A stretch of 64,000 nt of DNA from contig JAYWIR010000003.1 in the NCBI GenBank assembly GCA_036172245.1, forward strand, positions 6,882,001-6,946,000, given 5' to 3'. This document shows positions 10,360-23,889 of this stretch, one piece after another. The DNA comes from Raillietiella orientalis (taxonomy: Eukaryota). A program made the position numbers and the translations under genes. The notes below the pieces were generated by a model. It was not told the origin of the DNA, ran no database searches, and saw nothing but the letters and a program-made list of their open reading frames with translations. Each line of letters opens with the position of its first letter. Position 1 is the stretch's first letter.

Positions 10360-13030
10360 GGAGGGGAAACAAAAACAAAAAAAATACAGAAACAGGAGAG
10401 GGAAAGTTTTACACGTGACCGGGGAAGGATGTAGACTGCCAGGCGTCCTCTGCATCCTGTCCAGTATGCTGCCGGCAAGTTCCGTTCGTGTCTCGCCCAG
10501 ATGGGGCCATCTCGAGGAGGTCCTCAGGAAGATCCGCGCCCAGTGGATGGCGCCCATGCCATTTTTGGCTTCTTCCCGCGTTCCAGGACGCCGTGACTCC
10601 GCGAAGACGCGGCTGGCGGCAGGGAGGCACCGCGCATGAAGAGGCGTCTGAAAATGTCCCTGAGGACGCCCGCCGGGATGCCTAAGAGCGTCGCAAGGCG
10701 ATCCCAAAGAGGACGGAGGGCAGCACAGTCCAACAGCAAGTGAGGAAGAGACTCCTTCCCTCACCTGTCCCGCTCTGAGCGTCTACCCGTGGTGAAGACG
10801 CGCTTTGCGAGGGGGTATTCCCCCGTGCAACACCAGCAACACCACCTCCTGCCACTTGAAAGGGGAGGACGCCAACCTAACAGCACACCGGGCCACTTCA
10901 CCTCCTCCCGAGTGATGCCGAACCCAGCGTACAAGTCCTTTGGGTGGGACATTCGGGGTCGCAGCGTCCATCACTTCCCGAGTTGTCCACGCTCCCAAGG
11001 GTTTCTTCTTTACTGCTATGCAGCAAGTTCACTTCCCGCCTTGCCTGGATTACGCTGCCCCTTGCGTCCCTTAGGGAGGGCAGCATTGGCGCAAGGGGGG
11101 TAGACAAGGTCCATCGCATCTTGAGCGGGTTGCGTATGATCTCCTGCAGTGACTTGCTAGCGTCGATGCCTCATTGTAAGCAGGCGTATCCCTCCTCACT
11201 CGCGCCGTGGATGTTTCCCCACGCGAAGACCGACTCCTGGGGGCCACACAGTGCAGCTCGCGGTTCCAGATGTTCTCCTCCACCAGGGCAATCATCTGGC
11301 GGAGTTGGCGTCCGCAACGCCTCAGCAATCTCTCGTGGGCGACCAGGAGGGAAGTGAGTCCCTCGCAGCCGGTTGCGCACTTCGCGAGGAGCTGTGCTGA
11401 CACGCACCAGGGCGTGGTGCACCATCTCTCCGCGAGGGCGAGTATTCTGCGTTGGAGCTGACACTCCATCCTCTCCAGAGTAAGGAAGCCCAGTATGCCA
11501 TCCTTACGCAGAGAACACAAGTCTTTCAGCCGGACTCTGGACCTCCCTGTGACCTACAGGACTTTTCTCAGGAGGTCCTCGGTCCTTCTCTTGATGTCAG
11601 ATGGCTCGGGGCAAACAAGAAGCAGGGAGCGGAGGAAGCGAGCTGCGAACGAGTTCCATACCGCGGCCCGTTCCGCTGCAGCTCTGGAACGGACTGAGCA
11701 CCATCTCCAATTTTTGGAGACGGCCGGACCAGGCTTCTGCAACGCAGAAGTCCCTCAACGGAACGCCAAGGTACTTCAAGTAGCCGCCCGTGGAGATCTC
11801 CAAGTGGATCCAGTCCCACTGCTCGGTCCACCTCGCGCAGACCGGCGCAACTGACAACTTTGCCCTGTTCACCTCCAAGAGCGTCCCTCGGCTGAGCAGC
11901 TCGAAGTGGAGGCGCCGGGGTGGACATGGGGAGCAGCAGCAGAAGATCGTGAACATGGGCCGACACGGGCAGGCGTGCACGGGCACAAGCTCGTCAGGGT
12001 TGTCAGAGTCTCCCTGTATGTCCTCAGAGCCAACGCGGAGTGGATGCTGAAGAGCAGGGGGCTCAGGCTATGACCCTGCCTGAAACCATGGCTAACGGGC
12101 AGGCTGCACACGTACCGGCCGCGGGAACAGATGTGTACAGACGCGAAGCGCCAGCAGGTAGCCCAGGAAGACGGTCGGGAACCCCATGCTTTCCAGGAGC
12201 TTCAGAAGGGGTTCATTGTCGATGCAGTCGAAAGTTTTGGGCAGATCGACCGCGACCTCCAGGGCTCCGGATGCGTCCGCTCCTTGTTGGCCCCACCCTC
12301 CCTGGTCAGATAAATCCCATGCGTTCCAGGAGCTCCTTCTGGAACTGCGACACGCCTCCTGGGGGTGTGTGTGACTTTTCAAGTAACAGGGGACGACTCC
12401 GGGAGGGGACCGCCTTATGGATCCAGGAAGTCTCCGGAGGAAGGAGTTCCTTCCTCTCGCAGTTGGTATGGAACCCCGGAAAGGAACCCTCGCCCTGTAT
12501 TCTAAGGTCCCCCCTGGTTTGTGGGGGTCGCTCCTCGTCTCTTCTTCTGAGGGGACCCGCCCCACGTTTCCTCTTCTGGAAAGGACCCCGAAGGGATACT
12601 TCCCGATTTCTCGGAAGGGCGCTTCCTGGAGAGAGCAGCGCTGTTCTTCACGACACTCCGGAGAGGCGACCTCTCCCCCCCCCCCCCGAGTGAAGGGTAG
12701 GGGCGCCAACCGTCTTCACCGTGAGGCTCCATTTTCACCTTTCGACCGCCCTCCGTGGTGCGTTTTCCTCCTCACCCGAGGCATCCCGGAGGATCGGCTT
12801 CGCCCGCAGAATCCCCGTGTCGGGATGCCAAGAGCTTCCCGGTCTTCCACGACCTTCCGTATCGCTCCGTGCCGCTGCGCCAAGAGGAGCCACCCTCCCT
12901 CCGAGGAGGTCCACAGAGTTCGGGAGCCGCGTATCCAGAGCACCTTCTCGGGCACACCGCCAGATGTTGTTGAAGAAGAAGACGGTATGGATGTAGCCCG
13001 GGAGCGTGGAATAACCTCGAAACCTTAGCA
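10360..13030 (-). mobile_element. Degenerate L1/Tx1-clade non-LTR retrotransposon ORF2 (RT plus zinc knuckle), frameshifted
   Basis: Colinear motifs: VAVDLPKTFDCIDNEPLLKLLESMGFP (LDxxKAFDxV), GFRQGHSLSPLLFSI, SAHVHDLLL (YADD remnant), LEVNRAK, LKYLGVPL, LVLHGGIP, HLLLDCAALRPLWDRL, then a T-rich tail. Confidence 0.85.
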
Positions 13031-13101
13031 AGATCCCCCCTCCCTCCCCCTCATCAGATGTAAAGGACGAAGATGGCAATCCCCAGTGCGGCGAACCTCT
13101 G

Positions 13102-14588
13102 CGCGAAGATGACGTCACGCGCATGTTGGCGTTTTGTCGTCTTCACTTCACTTCAAAAAGAAAGGGGAAGTCTGCCTCCGCTGACAAACGTGCAGCGGAG
13201 GCAGACGTGCAGGTCGTGCCGGAAGTCGAAGCTGCACCGAACGGAGTGTCTCCAGAAGAGAGAGGATGCTGCCGGCACGGCGCAGAACTCTCCCAACGAA
13301 TACTGCCCCCCATCCTGCATCTCCCCGCCGCTGGTCGGACAGGGGGAGGTGGCGACTGCTGCCTCCCCCTGTCCCTCCTCTTCCGAGAGCAACGAAGACC
13401 TCTTGGGTGTCACCAGAGCGGCGGGCGTTCGCTTCCGGGTCGCCATCCTCCCGCCTGCGGCGCTGCCCCTACAGACAGACCACCTCAGAGGGAGGGCGTT
13501 TTTTTCCTCCCTGCTCAGCTTGCAAGGGAAGAGCTCGGAGTCGAACCGCGGCAACCGAGGTGCCCGGCGGGCGACGGGAGTGCCCGTGTTTCAGGCCCTG
13601 GCGACGAGTTCGCGAAGCACGCCTCGTTCAGGAGTTTTCCCAGAGAGAGTTCCTGGACCGAGGGGAGCGCTCCTTCCGGCTTCGAGGCATCGGGCGGGGA
13701 AGCATGGAAGAGGAAGTGGATAGACCCTCCGCTTCTTCGTGCAAAGAAGGCTGGCTTCGCTCCGAGGTGTTGCGCGGAGCGCCAGCGCCTGAACTCGCGG
13801 ATGCGCGTTCCCCCCCTCCCCCTCCAGCGCCAGTGCCGTTCGCCCGCTCCCTTCTTCTGCCTTCTACTTCATGCAGAGCGACGACAGATCCCCCAGAGCA
13901 GGGCACTCCTCGGACGTGCGCCCAATTTCGCAGACGGTGAGGTCGAGCCTGGCTGGCAGCTCCTCCCACCCTCGCCCTTGCCTCGCAGCCGCCTTGGTTC
14001 CTCGGCCACTCCCGCAACGCCCCCGGGCTCAGCGTCGCTCGCGCCTCCTCGGTCCATGTCGAAAAACCGTACCAAGAAGGAGCTCAGTTGTCCAAAAAAA
14101 AAAACCCTCAGGCAAAGACGGGGGGAGGGGGAGGCAAGGCCCGCTTACTGAGAGCTCCATCAAAGGGAAGCTGGCTCCTGGAAGGCGCGCCGCCATCCGC
14201 ACGCACAGGAAAGCGCAAGGTGAAGAAGCAGCAGCAGAATGGGGGGCAGCCACCGAACGCGGAAGGCCCGACCGCGGCGGCTTCGACGCTCGCTGCGCCA
14301 ATTCGCGGCAAAGCGACGCACTGGAGAGTTCGATAACCTCTCTTTGAGGAGGTGCAGCGGAGTCTCATCTGCATCGGGAAAGGAGAAAACTCCTCGGGGC
14401 CACCACGGGTTTCCGGACGGGCTGGTTCTCGCGTCACGGGAATGGTGGCTGCTGGTCCAGAGGCGCGCCGGTCTCGAGGATTCCGCGGCTCGCCCCTCGG
14501 CGCGCCGCGGAGCAGCAGACTTTCCCTTTCCTTTTGAAGTGAAGCGAAGACGACAAAATGCCAACGTGCGCGTGACGTCATCTTCGCG
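13102..14588. repeat. 74-bp inverted repeat pair (13102-13175 and 14515-14588) bracketing 1487 bp
   Basis: Ungapped alignment, 69/74 identical, all five mismatches are transitions. Each arm contains TGACGTCA. Confidence 0.93.
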
Positions 14589-15599
14589 AGGAGGGGCGTC
14601 CGCGCGTTTTCTGACCGCGACGGCGCTTGCGCAACGCTCGCCTGACGGGCCGATCGGAGACCCGGGAATGACAGAGTCTCCCCTCCAAGGCCCGAGTCCC
14701 GGAGATGAATCGAGGGCTCTTTCCTTCCTCCGACGGCAGGATGGACCGCGCGACTTCAGGTGGTGGGACTTCATCCGACCCCCGGAAGAAGGAGACCACC
14801 TCGCCTCGAAGAGGGAACCGCCCACGTCACCCGAGGATGCGTATCAACTCTTCAAAGGTGAGGGGGTGGCCCCGTAGGGACCACCCCATGAATCCAGGAA
14901 GGGCACTCCAGAGGGAGGAGTCAGTCCGTTGTCCGTTGTTCCTCTGACGCTTGCTTGGGGAGGAGCCCCGAAGGGAACCCTCACCCTGGTGACCTCCGAC
15001 TTCCACTCGAACACTCCAGAGGGCATTTATTAAGACTTGAACAAATTTGCAAATTGTGGTAGGACACGTGGCCCTACTACGCTCGATCTGTCCACGGACC
15101 TGCTGGATTGTCGGTCCGCAAGGTCACCTCGGCAGCGGAAGGGAGGGGGAAAACGAAAAGAAAAAGAAAAGTCCACCGGCGGTGACCACGGGCCCGCAGG
15201 CCAGCTTCTAAGGCAGTCAGAAACCCGACAGGGAGGGGACAATAAACAAATAGAAAACACGAGAGGGTGGGGACAGGGGTCTTTGGTTTCAGCTGCTCCT
15301 TCCTTCCTATCCTAGGTCTGGCTCCGAAGGATGCTGGCGGTTTCCCTGGCGACTTCTCCTCCTCGCAAAGGAGGCCGCCTCGCAACCGTACTCATCCAGG
15401 CGGCTGCCATTCGGGTGGCGTCTCCCTTCGCTGCAAGGGAGCGGCCGCTGCGACGTTGCCGCGGACGCAGCGTCTCGTCACCATCGCGATGCCCGCCTGC
15501 GTCAGCCCACATTCCGGGGGAAAAAAATCCCGGCAGCGCGAAGCAGCGTCGTGGCGAACGGCAGACTACCGAAGAGGGTCGCCGCGGGGGTCCGCCAAA

Positions 15600-17130
15600 C
15601 CAAAAAAAAAAAAAGAAGCTGGAGGGGACGGGAAGGGATCACTGCCCGCCGGAGGGAGTCCTCTGCGTCCTTTCCAGGATGCTGGCCAGGTCGGTCCCGA
15701 TCGCACCCAGGCGGGGACGTCTGGCTGCCATCCGCAGGAAGCGCACGGCGCCCCATGGCGTCCCTCTCGTTCGATCCTCCTCCGTCAGCGTCGCTCCAGG
15801 GCGCTGCAGTCCCGCGGATGCAGCAGAGAGGCTGCTGGGGCTGCTGCTGCTGTTGGCGGAAAGGCATCCTTGCCGCACGAAGAAGAGCTCGAAAGAGTCC
15901 CCGGGGATGCCAACCGGGGTCCGCAGGGTCTCTTCCGAAGAGAGAGGGCAAGAAGCAAAAAGGCCTCTTTTGCAGGAGCAGAGGACCTTACGAAGGCGTT
16001 TCCTTCCCCGGAGGCGAGTCCGGCTGCGTACTTGAAGCAGTAGCAACTTCGAGGTTATCTCAGGTGGACGGGGAGAGGGGGCAGGCAGCCGCAAAGGCCG
16101 AGGTCTTCGAAAAGACTCAGGCAGTTCCCACGCAGACTTTTCTCAGCAATGGCCGGTTTCTGAGACCAGCGAAGGAAGCCCCCCATCCCTCTCGAAGGCC
16201 AGTGAACAACGCCCCCTCCCCCCCACCCCGGAGAGAGCAGCGACCTTTTCACGTCCCTGTTCATCCGGGGTCGGAGGGATGGCTCCGAGGGTCGAGAGGA
16301 GCGGAGTTTCCGTGCAGGTGCCACCACTTGCAGCTCGGGAGGTCTCGGAAGGGCGCAGGGCGGGCGGCGGTGACCACTCGGCGGCAGTCGCCACGGCGCG
16401 AAGAGATCGAAGCGGCACAGCAAGCAGCGTTTGTTTGTTCACCGGTCTTCCGGATGCCGGCATCGACCGCGCTCCCACATGGAACGGAGGAAGGGAGGGG
16501 AGGGTATTGGTCTGTGGATCGAGGGAACCTCATGATGGAGACGGAATGAGCGCTCCTGTACAAATTGGCCGCATATTAATGGCTAAGAAAATCGATGCAG
16601 CTCCTCTTTTAAGGTGGCCTCCGGACTCTGGATTGCAGATGTCAACTGCAGTGATAAATCCGCACGTGTGGAAGGAAGGAAGATTCCTTCTGGGAGGAAG
16701 TCTTCTCAAAAGGCTCTTGCAGAGGAACGGAGAAGAAGCCAGGGCGAAGGAGGAGGGGGAGAGATGACTGCCGATTCCAGGCGGCGCGCATCCTGGGGTG
16801 GGGGAATCCCTCCCCCCCCCCTCCTCCCGAAAGAGTTTTGAACGAGATCGCGATGGACTCGCGGAAAAAGCGAGAAACAGAAGACCCCGTCGCGTGCCTG
16901 CTCGGATGAACCGCACGCAAATTTGACCCCTTGGCAAGCACGAGTTTCTTCGGGGTTCGAGGTGCTCTCCGTTGGACCGAGTGGCCGTAGGTCCCTCGTG
17001 CTGGCTCGCCATTACGGCGCGACATCCTTGCGGAGACTTTCATCGTATCCTTCTTCGCCATGCTTGTCAGCGGTCGGGATGGTGCCGCAGCCGTGTCCCT
17101 GCTGCGGCACCCTCTGGACCATCAGATCCG
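15600..17130 (-). mobile_element. Second degenerate L1/Tx1-like ORF2 copy, related to 10360-13030
   Basis: Nucleotide match gtcctctgcgtcctttccaggatgctgg (about 15658) to gtcctctgcatcctgtccagtatgctgc (about 10445). RT remnants QHEGPTATRSNGEHLEP and AVDICNPESGGHLKRG. Confidence 0.6.
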
Positions 17131-18899
17131 AGAGAAATCTCAACAGATGCGATTTTTTTCCCTTTTTTTCCCCTTCCCTGTGCTTTTCTTTTCGGACCAC
17201 TGAGATGCTTTGAGAATCCTCTTTCCTTCTCCTCCTATTGGAACGCCTTTGGTTCGAGACAAGCTGCTGCGTATCAGCAGCCACACTGCGCCAAATGCAG
17301 CAGAGAACGAACAAGGAAAAAAAAAAAGAAAAAAGAAACCCGATGACCAGCAAAGCATGTCCGAAGACGGGACTTGTTCAGCTCGTTTACGTGTTTACGA
17401 AATGCGGAGACCCAAGGATATGTGCGGCGCCGCCCCCCCGCGGAACGACATTCCGAAGGAAATCGCCGTCAGTCGAAGAGGAAGCAGCCGATCCAAGAGC
17501 ATCCCCATCCCCAGACCTGCTCTGGTTCCCTTTCTTCGCGCGAGCCGTTCGTAGGACCGAGTTGGGAAGACAGGGAAATGCGTTTCCCCACCCTCAGTTC
17601 CGAAGAAGGCTGGCAAGGAGAAATTAAAAGGAAAAGAAAGAAACCGCATCGGGACGGATGGAAGCGGCAGTTTTTTTTTTTTTTTTTTTTTTTTTTTCCG
17701 GGTACGATAAAAAGCATTCATGGAAGTGTGTGTACGTATATTCGCTTTCCGTAAACGGTATGGGCCGCACGTGCCCAGACGAAGGTACGGAACAGATAAA
17801 TTCTGCGTACGACCATGCAGAAGAACAAACAGTGGCTTTCAGATCCGCTGCCAGATGCGATCATCCGAAGTGGCTAATTTATTTATCAGGGGGGAAGTGG
17901 GAATATCTTGAGTGGACCCCGCGTTACAATGTAGAAAGACGGAAACGCGCCCCCTGAGGATCCCGTAACGCATATCGGAATGTGCATCGCAGGCATCACG
18001 GATACAGCTTCCCTCTCCGCGAGAAGGAAGTTGGAAAACACGCCGTGCGCACACGGCGCACGTCGTGATCACGGCGTGAACCTTCGCTGCGCATTTCAAG
18101 CTGCACCGCATTCACCGGAGATCGAGAGGACTGGCCGGCTGACGCCTTCCCAACCGTTCGCTTTGAATCCATCAGAGCTTGCGACCTCTCTCGTGGAACG
18201 TCCCCACGCCTTCGGACAGGGACCCCGTCCCCGCTCATCCGCGGCAGGGGTTCCAGTCGGACGTGGGGGGGGGGGTCCTCCGCTCACGCTGAGCGTGGTG
18301 TTCACTTGGCGCGTGCGGGATCTCTCCGTTCGAACGCGCTGGTTGGTGTGTCCAGAAGGCTGCTGCTGCTGCTGCTGCTGCGCACAGAAGACCCCATCCA
18401 CGTCGGACACACCACGAAAGACTTTCCGGATCGGCCGTTCATTACTTCACATCTCCACGTTCGGTTTTCACATACTTGGAAAACTCAGCTCCCATCCGTT
18501 TAGTGCAGGTTGCTCTTGCGTCGTGAACTGGCTCGTGATTCGCACACGAGATCTTTCCATCTTTTCACTTTTCTTTCCATCTGACACGCACGCTTCGAAA
18601 GCTGCTGGGATCCGACCGGAGGATGCAGTCAGTTGTGCAGGATGGGACACACGGCAGGAAACGAAACGAAGAAGTAAACAGATGTCGGAGACTCTGGAAA
18701 CGTAAACACACAGATCTTGAGGAAGCTTCCGAAGACTCGGAGGAAATCGACAACATCAGATGAAACTCCGAAGTTGCTGTGCTTTTACGTGCTTGCTGAG
18801 ATCATCGTGAACTTGGCCTTTTTCTTAACCCCCCTTCCTGGGTTTACGGTGCGAGGGCAACCCTGCTCCGGACTACTGCCTTCCCATTCCGCACAGGAA

Positions 18900-19500
18900 C
18901 GGAAAGGCGTGCGGCGTGGTCGCGCATGGGAAATCCAAATATTTACGTCTAAGACGTTTCGAGAACCACGGTGTAAAGCTCATCTTAAGAACAGCGGAAA
19001 TGCTGCCCTTTTCTGAATGCAACGCGCTTCGAGTAGTGCGGCAGCATCTCGCAGGAGATTTCACTTCAGGAACGTGACGGATCGATGTAACCAAGAACTG
19101 TTAACCTGTCAAGCGAGTTGCCAAAGTAACGAAGTGACCGAAATTTTCCGGTTGCCTACAAGAAGCGCGAAGACTATCCGGGATATCCCTCGGAGAATTC
19201 AAACGCCCTTCCACAGAATCTTCTTAATCAGCACTGGGGTCGTCACGGAAGAGGCGATTGCCCTTGTTGAAGACCTTTCTGGAAGACGACGATCGTCCAA
19301 CGGTGTGGCTGCGCCGCAACCACAGTGCACCGAAGGATCTTAAAGGGAACGGAGCGTACAAGAAGTTGGGCAAATCCGGTGGGAAACTCTCAAATTTCCT
19401 TAACGAGACACCCTGCGAGGGGCGAGGAGAGGCAGAGACCATGCATCGAGCGTCTCCCTGCTCGAAGCTGCATGAGAGCCCTTGCCCGGAAGACACGTCA
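18900..19500 (+). mobile_element. Decayed RNase H/zinc-knuckle end of an I/R1-type LINE
   Basis: IQIFTS (IYTDGS), FRLP, VWLRRNHSAPKDLKGNGAYKKLGK (WVPGHxGIxGNExADxLAK), PCEGRGEAETMH (CxCGxxETxxH). Confidence 0.35.
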
Positions 19501-20859
19501 CGACGAGTTGCCAAACCGGCATTCCATGCGTGCAACTTCCGGCGTGCGCGTCCACCGGCGTTTCCGTGACGTGACCGCGGTCGCCACGTCCTTGCAGCGT
19601 CCCCAACGCGGTCGAAGCGGAGTGCGCTCACGTTGCACAGACGAGATGCAGGGGTTTCCTCCACCGGTGGCCCACCTCGGCAAGGGAAGTTTCCCCGGAG
19701 CGGCGGTGCTGACTCCAGCCCTTCCCGAAGGCGGATCCGCAGAAGCAGGAGAAGCGTAGCTGCTTTGGGTCAAACGATGCCCACGCAGAAACCCTTTTCC
19801 TCCGATTGCGGAGAAATCGCAACAGGAGATGTGCAAATCGCATCGTAAAGAAGGGAAGCACAGGGGAAAACAGATGAGGCCGCGGAGATGTGGAGCAACC
19901 CGCAGCGCGCAATGGGAAGAGAAAGAACGAAAGTTTGTTTCGTTGTTTTCGAAACTGCCAAAGTGCCCTGCAGTGGCATCTGAAGGTGAATCCAGATCGC
20001 ATGCAAATGACAACTGATTTTCCTCCCTCCGGGAACGGAACGTGGGGACCTGGAAAATCGCTTGCGATCGAAAAGGGACGGAGCGAATTTGAATAAAACA
20101 GTGCGATCTGTCATTTAAGTTTCGGATGTGATGGTGGGGATACGAAATCCTGCTGTGAAAAAACAATTCCGGAAACGGTGTCCCTACCTTCAAGGTAGCT
20201 GCAAACGTGGCGGGCAGAGTGCACCTCAGTTCCCCTCCTGGACTTCTAGGGAACGCACCCTGTGCGCAGGATTTCTGCCGAGGAAACCAAAAGTACCAAA
20301 GTTCCACCAGCCTGGCCTCCTCCTCTTCCTCCTAGGTCTCGGGTGGTGAGAAGAAACCAAGCGCTGAAGCAACACTTGCCGAAGCTTGCCAAGGTTGCAG
20401 CTTCCACGTTCTCCAACAGATCCTGCAGGCACATTTGGAAATTGCTCCCAACAGGCGGTGAATCTTTTCTGCCGCTACAAACGGCGGAAAATAATGACTG
20501 TGCAGCGACAGGAAGCGCATGCTGGAAGTTTTCATAGGAAACTGTTTGAAAGCACCACCACGTGTAATGTACAGCAAGCGCGCACTGACGGAAGGGCTGT
20601 CCTGCTCAGGGGGCAGTGCATTCACCGGTGCTTTGCAAAAGTTGGGAAGAAACTAGGCGGGGAGGCAGGGGAGCACTACTGGGGGATCACACCCCAGTAG
20701 AAGCTTTTGGCGCAACAGCCATCGAGCCCGATGAAGCATTTCCCCCATCGCAGAGTGCTGTTCAGCCAGAAACAAAGTGCATGCTCTTCTGCAACCCTCT
20801 GCTGCAGCAGCGCTGATCCTGGAACCTGGCTGGCTTCCTGCCGTTCCCTCCCTCCCTCC

Positions 20860-21160
20860 CCCTTTTCAGATGCTTGCTGAATGCCGCTGCAACAGCCAGC
20901 TGCTCTGCATCACGAAGAAACCACGGAAAAATATTCCTTTTCCCTTGATGGACGCCCGCAGCGTGCACTGGTACTTCTCACTTGCATCGTTTGCTCTGAC
21001 ACCGGCAATCAGCACTCCCGAGCAATTGGCAACTGAAGCTGCACTGATAGTAATTAAGTTGCTGCTCGCACGGGGCCCGTGCGGGCAAAGAAGCACAGTC
21101 TTCTTTTGCAGCTCGCGCTCCGGATGCTGCTGTCCCCAGTTTTTCAATTGCACGCCTCAT
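20860..21160 (-). mobile_element. Possible decayed LINE RT C-terminal fragment
   Basis: QLKNWGQQHPERELQKKTVLLC resembles the LxxWxxxxxLxINxxKT region. Confidence 0.25.
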
Positions 21161-23857
21161 GAAGTGACGTGAGAGTTGTGGCTCGGAGCAGTGACACGAT
21201 GGAGCGGCCGCACGCAGGAACTCAAGGGGGCATCCGGGAGACTTGAAGAGCGTCGTTTCGGCCCCCGGGCTCCGAGGGTCCCGTCGCGAAACGCTCGCAC
21301 GCCGAATCGTTCGATCGGGCCGTCCGTCGCAGTGTTTGCCAATTATTAATGATGTAAGTAACGTTTGCGCACAACGGCTTGCCAATGTCGAGTGCGGTTT
21401 CGCCACCGCGACGCCCGCCATTTTTCGCACGGGAGTCTCCGGGGAAGGAAGAAAGCGAGGAAGAGAAAAGAAGGAAGGGAAAGGGGAGGGCACGCAAAGT
21501 GCTTCCTCGTGATCTGGATGTTTCCCGGGATCATTCCGAGTTCCCGCTCCGCGCGCGTCCGGAAGCCAACGCCGCACGGTCCCGCGTGCGTCGGTCGCCC
21601 GTGGGGGGGGAGAGGGAAGCACGGCAGCCGGGAGGACGGGAGATCGTGGGATGGCTCCGCCGACAACACCCGGAGATTAAAGAGATCCGAGTAACACTGA
21701 CCCGGGAACACGGGAACCGAGGAGCACTTTCTCCGAGCGGTTGTCGTGCATCTGTCAATGCAATCGAAAATCCGCGGGTAGGTCGGCTTTTTCCCGAGCA
21801 GCAAGGCGCTGCACCTTTCAGGGAGTTTCGTACGGCCATGGGAGTGCTTCCCGTACATCCGAACGTACGTGAAGAAGGTACGTGACAAACCTCGTTTCGA
21901 TCGATTCTTCTTTCCCCCCCCCCCCCTCGCCCGCCCTCCTTTTGAGTTTCCCGTGTGCGCCGCGTGTGCGGGCCGATGGCGGCGGTGGTGTTCCGTGCCC
22001 CTTTCCCGTGTCCAGCCGACGCTCGCCGCCGTGCTGCGAAGAGGTCCACGCCGGGATGCTGTTCGGCATCACGAGGCGAATTTCGCGCAAGTGCGCGGTT
22101 TCCGCGGAGCGTTTCCAAGAACGAAACGCAACGGCAGGGAGAGGGGGGGAGGACGGAGGGAGAGGGCCGGGCAGGGAGGAGAGGACTCGGGTCGAACTGA
22201 TTTACGGTTCTTACCGACGGCCTCGGATGCATTTATTTTATTCGAATTCCGTTTTCGCGCCGCCCATTTTTGTTTATGGATTTGCCGGAACTTTGCCGAA
22301 ATCAGCGCTCGCGCGGGTAAATTACGATTCGCAGTTCGTCTCTTTAACGAACATCGACTTGAATTTCGTGCATGAGAAAGTGCTCTTATAAATTAACTCT
22401 GCTCTTGGAGTCGAGGAAGGGATGCTGCGTCGAGCAATTTTGTTTATGTAAGGGATTTCCATTAATTTGCCCAACTCGCGATATGAAAACAGCGAGAGAC
22501 ACATTCGGAAAGCTTTTTCTTCTCTCCTCCTTTCCTCTCCCTTTTTCCCTTTTTTTCCCCTCCCTCCCTCTTTTTGCATTTCTCGCGAAGGCGAGAGAAC
22601 TTTTGCCGAAAAGCAAACGTCGGTCCGGGGGAGCGACGACCCAGTTCTCCGGGAATTCTTTTCCCGAATCCAACGAACGCATAAGCGCCCATCGGCATCA
22701 TCGAACTTGGGATGTCTTCGACGTCTTCGGTAATTCGATTTTTTTTTTTTTTTTTTCCTTTCTGTGTGTGTATTCGTTAGCGCCATACGCTGTTCGTACC
22801 ATGCCGAAAAGTGCGTTTTGTTTGTACAGATTTATTATGTATCGCCTTATGTATGCAGCACCATTACGATTCGGTTGTTTTGCCGAGAGGGGGGAATAAC
22901 AGCGACTCCCAACACGAAGCCTTTCCTCCTTCGTCTTCCCTTCCCGTGCGTGCTATCCGGGATTCCTATTAGGGATTCGCGCCCGCATTGGGGGAGGAAG
23001 GGGGGGGGGGGGCCTTGCACGGATGGACCCGGTCCACCCGACCGGCTTGGGAGCGAAGACGACGACGAGTCCCCCCACCACCACCACCGCTGCAAGAGGT
23101 TCCTCAAGTCGCGGACGGGGCCGGCTGGAAGCCCTTCTCCGATAAAAGCAGCAGCTCGAAACGCGACTGCACAAATGCGATTTTTGTGTGCAAATTGCCC
23201 TCCGCGTATTTATTTATCTGCCCGAGGCGTCGTTGGCGTGGATAACGTTTTTTTGCAATCAAAATTCAGTTTCATGCGTACACAAGCAAACACATTAGCA
23301 ATCCAATTAAAAACAGGATATACAAAGCGGAATGTGTCGGCTTAATAGGGGAGCTTAGGTGCGATTCCATTAGAGGGTGGAGGAGAGGAAAGCGCTTGCG
23401 AGAGCAGATGCTGAGCACATGCCGGTAAATAATGGAATTCGTTAATTCATCATCGCCTAAAACGCGGGCCGATGCGAGCTCTTTCGCACGACTTTCGAGT
23501 TCTCTGCCGCCGTCCTCCGTGCCGTGTGTTCCCGAACGACCTCTTCCATCAGCGGCTTTAATGGAGTTCGTCACTTTTTGAAAGTCCTTGCAGGTGTGCT
23601 CGGCAGAACGATCGCTTCTTTGAATGGAGTTCCCATTTTCTTCCTTTGTTCCCGACGCCGGGAGAGCCGAGAGAGAAAATCGCAATATTGGATGCACAGC
23701 GAGAGAGGAGGAGGAGGTCGGTTCGCTCCTTGGAAGCACAAATAGACGAAAGCCTCGTTGAAGGGGGGAAGAGAGGGAAAACCACAGAGTTCGATTTACA
23801 GTTTTCGAAACGAAAACAGGAAAAAAAAAAAAAAGGAAAAAGGAAAATGAACGCATT

Positions 23858-23889
<32 letters not shown>

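Noticed and set aside
16642..17061. Basic ORF superficially like a ribosomal protein
   Set aside because: No sustained match; better explained as frameshifted RT remnants.
23272..23600. Tc1-like transposase hint (ELTNSIIYRHVL)
   Set aside because: No other DDE motifs or terminal inverted repeats were found.
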